DNA of 32,000 nucleotides, taken from assembly GCA_026625185.1 (NCBI GenBank), contig CP113000.1, positions 2,592,651 to 2,624,650 of the forward strand, in the 5' to 3' direction. Position 1 is the stretch's first letter; the number at the start of each line of letters is the position of its first letter. The notes below the pieces were generated by a model. The model saw nothing but the letters and a program-made list of their open reading frames with translations. It did not search any database and was not told the DNA's origin. Origin of the DNA: Thermodesulfobacteriota bacterium. Its GTDB lineage: Bacteria; Desulfobacterota; WTBG01; JAGOGO01. This document shows positions 25,517 to 32,000 of the stretch, piece after piece. The position numbers and the translations under genes were made by a program.

Positions 25517-25536
25517 GGGCGAACGGCCGTTCACCC
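25517..25536 (-). terminator. GC-rich hairpin 8 nt downstream of the glgC stop
   Basis: GGGCGAACGGCCGTTCACCC is a 20-nt palindrome with one mismatch. No clear U-tract follows on the minus strand, so it is only a candidate terminator or REP-like element. Confidence 0.4.
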
Positions 25537-25543
25537 CCACGAA

Positions 25544-26761
25544 TTAATCCACAATAAACCCTTGGGGCACTACAACGATACCCGATTCAGTAATCGTAAA
25601 TTTTTTGCGATCTTCCTCGAGGTTATATCCGATCGTATAATGGGGGGGGATGGTTACTCCTTCGTCAATGATCGCTTTCTTGATCCGGGCATGATGTCCA
25701 ACGGTTACCCCCTTCATCAGGATTGAGTTTTCGACCCGACAATGGCTGTGAATCTGAACAAACGGCGAAAGGATTGAACGATTGATCTTTCCCCCGATAA
25801 TGAGGCATCCATTGGAAATAAGGGAGTTAATGGTAACTGCCCGGCTTAAACCATCTCCATCTCCGGATAGCACAACTTTTGCCGGAGGCGCCTGCTCCTG
25901 ATAGGTCCGAATGGGCCAGGTGGTATCGTAAAGATCAAACACCGGATTTTCTTTCAGGATTTCCATATTGGCATCATGATAAGAATCCAGGCTTCCGACG
26001 TCTCGCCAGTACGCAACTCCGCCCTTTTTTTCATTTATAAAATTATAAACAAAAACGCTCCGTTTTTTCATCATTCGTGGAATAATGTTTCTTCCGAAAT
26101 CATGTTCGGTCTCTCGCTTGGCATCGTCAATAACTTCTCTTACCAAGCGTTCGGTTTTAAAAACATAAACTCCCATGGAAACCAGAGACTTGGAACGGTC
26201 CCAGGGAACAGTTTTCGGACGAGCTGGTTTTTCTTGGAACCCGATGATCCGAAATGAATCATCCACTTCAAGGACTCCCATGTGGTGAGCTTTTTCTTTA
26301 TTAATTTCCACACAAGCCACGGTGAGGTCGCATTGTTTTGTTTGGTGAAAATCCAGCATTTTCCGATAATCCATTTTATAAATATGGTCTCCGGAAAGAA
26401 TAAGCACGTGCTGGGGACGTTCTCGCTCCAGGATATTAATATTCTGATAAATAGAATCCGCTGTTCCTCGATACCACCAATCGACATTCACCTTTTGAGG
26501 GGGGATAGTGTCAATGAACTCATCGAGTTCGCGGTTAAAAATATTCCACGCTAAATGCATGTGTTTATCGAGGGTGGCACTGCTGTATTGAGTAAGAAGA
26601 TAGATTTTGCGGATACCGGAATTTAAGCAATTGGAAAGGGTGAAGTCAATTATCTTGTAAATCCCCCCGAATGTGACCGCTGGTTTGGCATTTTCTTTGG
26701 TTAAGGGGTAGAGTCTTTCGCCCCTGCCGCCGGCCATGATCATGGTGAGGGTTTTTTCCAT
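25544..26761 (-). CDS. glgC: Glucose-1-phosphate adenylyltransferase
   Basis: ORF track, 405 aa. MIMAGGRGERLYPLTKENAKPAVTFGGIYKIIDFTLSNCLNSGIRKIYLLTQY matches the GlgC N-terminal signature (LAGGRGTRL..LT..RAKPAV.FGG..RIIDF.LSNC.NSGI). The C terminus is a left-handed beta-helix region. Confidence 0.93.
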   Translation of the reverse strand: MEKTLTMIMAGGRGERLYPLTKENAKPAVTFGGIYKIIDFTLSNCLNSGIRKIYLLTQYSSATLDKHMHLAWNIFNRELDEFIDTIPPQKVNVDWWYRGTADSIYQNINILERERPQHVLILSGDHIYKMDYRKMLDFHQTKQCDLTVACVEINKEKAHHMGVLEVDDSFRIIGFQEKPARPKTVPWDRSKSLVSMGVYVFKTERLVREVIDDAKRETEHDFGRNIIPRMMKKRSVFVYNFINEKKGGVAYWRDVGSLDSYHDANMEILKENPVFDLYDTTWPIRTYQEQAPPAKVVLSGDGDGLSRAVTINSLISNGCLIIGGKINRSILSPFVQIHSHCRVENSILMKGVTVGHHARIKKAIIDEGVTIPPHYTIGYNLEEDRKKFTITESGIVVVPQGFIVD

Positions 26762-26786
26762 AAATTAAGCTGAAAAATAAAAAAGA

Positions 26787-27161
26787 TTATTCCGGAGGTT
26801 TATTAAGCAGTTGTTTGATCTTGTCTTTAAGTTCCTGGAGATTCGATGATTTTACCACATATTCTTCCGCTACCCAGGTCATAAAACTATCCTTAAAATG
26901 CGGATACGCAGAATTGATGATAATGGGGAATTTATTTTTTTTCCCCACAATTTTTTGCATGGCTTCTATGCCGTCCATCCCCGGCATTTTGATATCCAAG
27001 ACCATAAGGTCTAAAGATTCCTTATCCACGATTTCTAAGGCCTCGTAAGCATTAATAGCCAAGAGCACTTCGTATCCTTCTTCCTCTAATTCTTGTTTGT
27101 AAAGGATCCGGATCGATTCTTCGTCATCAACAATTAATATTTTTTTGGGAGCTTGTTCCAT
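26787..27161 (-). CDS. Stand-alone response-regulator receiver domain (CheY-like)
   Basis: The track ORF is 26787..27224. I start it at ATG 27161 (MEQAPKKILIVDDEESIRILY..). The phospho-acceptor context is DLMVLDIKMPGMDG and the conserved K lies in VVKSS. No output domain is present. The gene ends 25 nt upstream of glgC. Confidence 0.85.
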   Translation of the reverse strand: MEQAPKKILIVDDEESIRILYKQELEEEGYEVLLAINAYEALEIVDKESLDLMVLDIKMPGMDGIEAMQKIVGKKNKFPIIINSAYPHFKDSFMTWVAEEYVVKSSNLQELKDKIKQLLNKPPE

Positions 27162-27378
27162 AAAGAAAGAAGACTGAGTAAGTTTATTGGATAATCCCTT
27201 TGTCACATGATATAATAAATACATTTCAAAAAAAAATCCAGCTATTTTTTAAAAATAGTATTTCCCTCATTAGAAATCTTCAATTATTTCTATGGAGGTT
27301 TTTCCTTTCTTGGAAAAGCTGAGAAAAAGCCGGAATCGAGGGGTAAGCTGGTTGCAGGGGAGGTAAAAAGGAGAAAAA

Positions 27379-28548
27379 ATGAAAAAATTTTCTCGACGGG
27401 AATTTATCAAATGGGCGGTTGCCGGTACCGGTGTTTGTTCCTGCTCTTTTCTGGATTGGCCGGATCCTGTTTCTGCGCTGCGTTTATGGGGTGCTGGGGT
27501 GGCAAGGGCTGAGGGAGGCCATTTAAAGGAGGAAATGTTTTACCGAAAGCTGGATTCCCTGAGGATTGAATGTGAGACCTGCCCGAGAAGATGTAAGGTT
27601 GCTGAGGGGAAAAGGGGATATTGCGGGAACAAGGAGAACCGGGGCGGAAAATATTTTTCTTTAGTCTATAACAAAGTCTGTGCGGCGCATGTTGACCCGA
27701 TTGAGAAAAAGCCTTTTTATCATTATCTCCCGGGCACGCTTGCTTTTTCCATTGCTGCGTCGGGATGTAACTTTTCCTGTAAATTTTGCCAAAATTGGGA
27801 AATTTCCCAGGCCCGTCCGGAAGATATACCCCACGATTTTTTGACCCCTGATCAAGCGATAGAGATTTGCCGCAACCAATCCATCCCTACCATTGCCTAT
27901 ACTTATTCCGAACCCACGGTGTTTTATACCTCAATGTATGACATGGCAAAAACAGCTCGCACGGCAGGCATTGGAAGCGTAATGATTTCCAATGGTTTTA
28001 TGAACGAAATTCCTCTTCGGGAGCTGTGCAAACAGTTAAACGCAGTGAGAATAGACCTCAAGTCTTTTAGCGATACCTTTTACCGGAATATTTGTTCCGG
28101 AGAGCTGGCGCCAGTTTTAGCTACCTTGAAAAGATTGAAAGAAATCGGTATCTGGTTTGAAATCATTGCGCTGATAATACCCACCTTGAATGATAATCCT
28201 GAAGATCTACAGAGGATGTGCGCCTGGATTAAAGCGAATTTAGGCCCAGATGTCCCAATTCACTTTAGCCGCTTTCATCCTATGTATCAGCTTCAAAACC
28301 TCCCCCCCACCCCGGTCAAGACTTTGGAGATGGCGCGGGAAACAGCGTTTTCCGCCGGTCTTCATTTTCCATATATCGGCAATGTTCCGGGGCATGAGGG
28401 TGAAAACACCTATTGTTTTTCCTGCAAAAAGGTGGTGATCCGGAGAATAGGGTTTGAGGTTGTGGAAAATTCCCTGGAAAAAGGCACCTGTAAGTTTTGC
28501 CATCAGCCGATTGCGGGCGTGTGGGGTAAGAAACAGATTAGGTTATGA
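27379..28548 (+). CDS. AmmeMemoRadiSam-system-type radical SAM enzyme (PflA-like) with an N-terminal twin-arginine signal
   Basis: ORF track, 389 aa, AAAGGAG SD. The Tat motif FSRREFIKW is followed by a hydrophobic stretch and an ARA/E site. An N-terminal Cys cluster reads CETCPRRC..GYCG. The radical SAM CX3CX2C motif lies in ASGCNFSCKFCQNWEISQ. The overall order matches AmrS-type enzymes as I recall them. Confidence 0.85.
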   Translation: MKKFSRREFIKWAVAGTGVCSCSFLDWPDPVSALRLWGAGVARAEGGHLKEEMFYRKLDSLRIECETCPRRCKVAEGKRGYCGNKENRGGKYFSLVYNKVCAAHVDPIEKKPFYHYLPGTLAFSIAASGCNFSCKFCQNWEISQARPEDIPHDFLTPDQAIEICRNQSIPTIAYTYSEPTVFYTSMYDMAKTARTAGIGSVMISNGFMNEIPLRELCKQLNAVRIDLKSFSDTFYRNICSGELAPVLATLKRLKEIGIWFEIIALIIPTLNDNPEDLQRMCAWIKANLGPDVPIHFSRFHPMYQLQNLPPTPVKTLEMARETAFSAGLHFPYIGNVPGHEGENTYCFSCKKVVIRRIGFEVVENSLEKGTCKFCHQPIAGVWGKKQIRL

Positions 28549-28550
28549 AA

Positions 28551-30905
28551 CTAAGCATTCCTGGCAAAACGTGAATGCGCCAGAAAGAAGCAGGCAATAA
28601 CATTGAGGCCGGCGATGAATAAGCATGACTGCAGGGTGCCAAGGAGGGGCACCAGCAGGGTTCCGGTCAAGGCTCCACCCACAGCAGCCCCCAGATGATC
28701 ATAACCATCTACTTTACCCGCAGAAATTCCTGCCGCAAGGCCATGTTTGATCAGTATTTCATTTACCAAGGGAAACTCAGCCCCAGTCAGGACTCCGGTT
28801 ACAAAAACCAGCATCATAAAAATCATTTCACTTAAAACAAAGCTTTCATTTGCTTGAAATACAAGCGCCAACAAAAGGGGCAGCAGGAGGGAAAAAGCGG
28901 TAATCGCTGTTTCCCAGGCCAGTAAAACGTTTTGCCCGTTTAAAATCGGCCGGGTCATCCGGCGGTTCATGATCTGCGCCCCCGCGGCCAACCCGGCCAT
29001 AAAGAGAGCCACGATGATCCCAATTTTTTGATAGAGACAACCATAATGATTTTGGTAGGCGAAAAGCAGGATGATTTCAAGGCCCATGGCCGCGAAGCCG
29101 GTTGCGAAAATCGCATAGAGGCTGTTAAAAATTATTTTTCGGGAAAAAACCTGTTTTGGCGCGGTCACCAAATAAAGAAACCGCAAAACCACGATTAAAC
29201 CTAAAGGGAGAAAAAACCATTCCCAGGAAAGTTGGTTCAGGCGCTGGAAAAACCCTTGTCCTTTTCCTCCGGAAAAAATATCCCATAGGATTAAGGTGTA
29301 AAAATAGCTTATCGGGCGCTCATCGGTATTGGTATAAGGAGTGGAAATTTTTTTTATCGCTTTATTAACGAAGCTAACGCGCTCGGGTTGAATGAAAAGC
29401 GTGAAAAGGTGCGGCGAGAAATACGGGGTTTTGATGTCACGCTCTAAATAACGTTTTGCCAGGATGTTGATGTCCGCGGTAACGACAGAAGGAAAACGGC
29501 AGGCAAAAAAATAGTTATAGTCTCCGGGAGTGACAAGCACATACGGAAAAACCCTGGTTAACGAATGATACACGGAAGCGGTATAGCGTCCGATATCCTG
29601 ACCGATAAAATTTTCCGAAGATCGGACGCCCGTAACCAAGAGACCATCCGTTTTTAAAATGCGGGTTATCTCCCTGAAAAAATTAAGCGTATAAAACCGG
29701 TTGAGCAGAGCCGTCGTGGGATCAGGAAGGTTGAGGATGATTACGTCATAGCACTCCTGACATTTTTTTACATAGTACCGGCCATCGGTTAAAAAGATGG
29801 TGACCCGAGGATCCTTTAATGCCATGGTATCGTCCGCGGGTAAATATTGTTTTCCCATCTCAACCAGGGTCGGGTCAAGTTCCACGTAATGAAGAGTTTT
29901 TACCGGATGCTTGAGAATCTCTTTTATGATGCCGGAGATCCCTCCGCCAATTAAAAGAACCTTTTCGGGACGGGGATGCTCACACAGGATAAAATGAGCT
30001 TTGAGCGCTGACTGGTAGGGGTCGGGGAAGGAGGTAAAAATCTGGCCGTTGCCGTACAAACTGTATTGGTCGAGCCTTTTAGCGATCACTATGTTCTGGT
30101 ACGGTGAATTGGTTGAGTGCACGAAATCAATCTGCGGGCTGATACTCTCCCAGCGTTGCCGGACGGTATGATGTTCTAACCGGTCCCAGCAATGAAAATA
30201 ACTCAATCCCGAAACAGCTGAAAATAAGATTCCCCAGAAAACAAACAAAAGGAATCGGGAAAAATTTTCTCGTATTTTCTGCGTGAGAAAAAAAGCGTTG
30301 AAAAGAATTGCGGCTGTAAAAAAAGCAATGATCAGAAAGGGGGAGTAATGAAGGAGGAGATAAAATGTTAAGACAGCTCCACTGAGCATACTTCCGAGCG
30401 ATTCGTAAACATAAACCGCGCCAATTCGTTGGGCAGTGGTTTTTGCGTGATTGGTATAGATGCTTATGGCAAAAGGGAAGATAAACCCGATTAAAAAACA
30501 AAACGGAAAGAGCAGAGGGAAAATAGAGCTTATCATCGGGAAAAATGGTATATATTCCCATGAAGGGATGTGGAGAAAAAGACGAAGGTTTCGGATGAGG
30601 ATTATTTGAATCGCCGGGAGTAAAAGCAGAATGTACTGGATGACGATAAAAAACACCAGGGTTCGCTGAGTATGGGAAACGATTCGGGCGGCTAAAATTG
30701 CACCCAAAAAAATTGAGAGGAGCCAGGCGGAAAAGATGATCCCCATACAAAGTTCGTTGCCGAAAAATATAACGAGAAATTCACGTATTAAAAGTACCTG
30801 GGTTGCGATAGAATAGGCGCCCAGGAGGAAAAAAGCGAGAAAAAACGGGTTTTGTTTTAAAAACCTAACCGGATTCATAGATCTCCGCCACAGGTTGAGT
30901 CTCAT
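28551..30905 (-). CDS. Fused polytopic-membrane / spermidine-synthase-like protein (fused MFS/spermidine synthase type)
   Basis: ORF track, 784 aa. About 8 N-terminal TM helices come first. The central aminopropyltransferase/methyltransferase fold reads VLLIGGGISGIIKEILKH..VELDPTLVEMGKQYLP..YDVIILNLPDPTTALLNRFYTLNFF. More TM helices follow at the C terminus. An alternative start at M10 (30878) is possible. Confidence 0.85.
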   Translation of the reverse strand: MRLNLWRRSMNPVRFLKQNPFFLAFFLLGAYSIATQVLLIREFLVIFFGNELCMGIIFSAWLLSIFLGAILAARIVSHTQRTLVFFIVIQYILLLLPAIQIILIRNLRLFLHIPSWEYIPFFPMISSIFPLLFPFCFLIGFIFPFAISIYTNHAKTTAQRIGAVYVYESLGSMLSGAVLTFYLLLHYSPFLIIAFFTAAILFNAFFLTQKIRENFSRFLLFVFWGILFSAVSGLSYFHCWDRLEHHTVRQRWESISPQIDFVHSTNSPYQNIVIAKRLDQYSLYGNGQIFTSFPDPYQSALKAHFILCEHPRPEKVLLIGGGISGIIKEILKHPVKTLHYVELDPTLVEMGKQYLPADDTMALKDPRVTIFLTDGRYYVKKCQECYDVIILNLPDPTTALLNRFYTLNFFREITRILKTDGLLVTGVRSSENFIGQDIGRYTASVYHSLTRVFPYVLVTPGDYNYFFACRFPSVVTADINILAKRYLERDIKTPYFSPHLFTLFIQPERVSFVNKAIKKISTPYTNTDERPISYFYTLILWDIFSGGKGQGFFQRLNQLSWEWFFLPLGLIVVLRFLYLVTAPKQVFSRKIIFNSLYAIFATGFAAMGLEIILLFAYQNHYGCLYQKIGIIVALFMAGLAAGAQIMNRRMTRPILNGQNVLLAWETAITAFSLLLPLLLALVFQANESFVLSEMIFMMLVFVTGVLTGAEFPLVNEILIKHGLAAGISAGKVDGYDHLGAAVGGALTGTLLVPLLGTLQSCLFIAGLNVIACFFLAHSRFARNA

Positions 30906-31004
30906 GGCCCAACGGAAAAATTGGATTTAGAGTTGTATTCTCGTGCTAATTATGTTAGCAGAATATAAACCTAAAGTTAATTTTATACATTACTGGGGGT
31001 AAAG

Positions 31005-32000
31005 GTGAAAGGCATATTTGTCAGCGCAATTAATAAAAACAGCCATGTTGATGGAATCTTTTTGGTAAAAGAAAAGCATATGGGGATTACCAAAGGAGGG
31101 ATTCCTTATTTAAGCCTTAAATTGATGGACCGGACCGGAGAGATCAACGCTCGGGTTTGGGCAGAAGCGGTTCACTATGACCAGATTTTTGGCAAGGATG
31201 ATTTTATCAATGTCTCCGGCCGCTCATCAGTCTATCAAGGGGGGATGCAGATCGCCATTGGCGATCTCAAAAAATGTCCTGAGGGAGACGTTGATGTGCA
31301 GGACTTCCTGCCGGTTGCTCCTTTTTCCCGGGAAGAGATGTTAGAAGAATTACAATTAATTATGGGTGATATTAAAGATAAGTATTTAAAGAAATTGCTC
31401 CGAATGTTTTTTGCCGAAGAGGAATTTGTCCGGCTTTTTACCACCGCTCCGGCTGCCAAGGCGCTTCACCATGTTTATCTGGGCGGTTTACTGGAGCATT
31501 CTCTCTCGATGGCCCGCTTGGCGCGAATGGTTTCGGATAACTATGACAATGTTAATCGGGATCTTTTATTGACCGGCGCGATCCTCCATGATCTTGGCAA
31601 GATTTATGAACTCTCTTTTCAAAAAACTTTTAATTATTCTGATGAAGGGCGTCTTCTCGGTCACATCACCATCGGGGTAGAAATGATCCAAGAAAGGATC
31701 AATGCTATCCCCGGATTTCCTTCAGAATTACGAATGCTCCTCAAACATATGATTTTAAGCCACCATGGTGAGTATCTATACGGATCTCCCAAGCGTCCGA
31801 AGACTATCGAAGCGCTGATGCTCTATTACCTTGATGATTTGGATGCTAAGGTTAACGGCTTCCAACAGGTTATGGGCAAAGGCAATGATGATCAGTCGAA
31901 CTGGAGCGAGTTTCACAAGTTGTTTGAACGTTTTCTTTTTAAAAAGACGTACACGTCAATTGAATCTCCGGAGGAAATCATCCCGGATAATGAAAGCGAG
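31005..32000 (+). CDS. YhaM-like 3'-5' exoribonuclease (OB-fold + HD domain); C terminus runs off the window
   Basis: Own translation from GTG 31005, with GGGGG five nt upstream. It is open for all 332 codons to the window end, so it is not in the track. The OB-fold part reads VKGIFVSAINKNSHVDGIFLVKEKHMGITKGGIPYLSLKLMDRTGEINARVW. The HD domain reads HHVYLGGLLEHSL..GAILHDLGK..MILSHHGEYLYGSPKRP. Confidence 0.85.
   Translation, partial: MKGIFVSAINKNSHVDGIFLVKEKHMGITKGGIPYLSLKLMDRTGEINARVWAEAVHYDQIFGKDDFINVSGRSSVYQGGMQIAIGDLKKCPEGDVDVQDFLPVAPFSREEMLEELQLIMGDIKDKYLKKLLRMFFAEEEFVRLFTTAPAAKALHHVYLGGLLEHSLSMARLARMVSDNYDNVNRDLLLTGAILHDLGKIYELSFQKTFNYSDEGRLLGHITIGVEMIQERINAIPGFPSELRMLLKHMILSHHGEYLYGSPKRPKTIEALMLYYLDDLDAKVNGFQQVMGKGNDDQSNWSEFHKLFERFLFKKTYTSIESPEEIIPDNESE

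Noticed and set aside
16882-25536. The GC-rich palindromes considered as a possible CRISPR array or CRISPR remnants.
   Set aside because: The copies are single, kilobases apart, internally palindromic over their full length and of different sequence families. There is no regular repeat-spacer periodicity and no cas genes.

Overview
This window looks like mostly housekeeping chromosome from a Gram-negative-type bacterium (LpxC and MltA are present). An anaerobic lifestyle is likely, given a Re-citrate-synthase-like enzyme, a radical SAM enzyme and a Cys-rich Fe-S protein. All family assignments come from motif recognition by eye; no database search was run.

I support 21 apparently intact CDSs:
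- a partial UMF1-type MFS permease
- an lpxC / DUF4390 / NtrY-like kinase / sigma-54 activator string
- a tight aspS / HMGL-family synthase / aconitase-family large subunit operon
- a Cys-rich Fe-S protein
- hisS, gltX and glnS
- a ClpX-like AAA+ / CbpA-like J-protein pair
- mltA, a minimal DprA-like protein, and a receiver-glgC pair
- a Tat-signal AmmeMemoRadiSam-type radical SAM enzyme
- a fused MFS/spermidine synthase
- a partial YhaM-like OB+HD nuclease

The only clearly accessory segment is about 11.9-15.45 kb, between the divergent aspS and hisS. It holds two abutting rve-type transposase C-terminal relics, the Fe-S gene, and a decayed IS1380-like element with 18-bp inverted repeats.

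I found no rRNA, tRNA, CRISPR array or recognisable defence system. Intergenic regions carry several families of GC-rich palindromic (REP-like) hairpins, and these create false N-terminal ORF extensions.

The best second-look candidates are:
- a cytoplasmic Claisen-condensing synthase fused to a Cache/PAS-like sensor domain
- a zinc-finger-less ClpX paralog with a long C-terminal extension, apparently co-transcribed with a J-domain protein
- an orphan Tat-signal radical SAM enzyme
- a good sigma-54 promoter match in front of lpxC-DUF4390-ntrY-like-EBP

None of these is proven novel from sequence alone.
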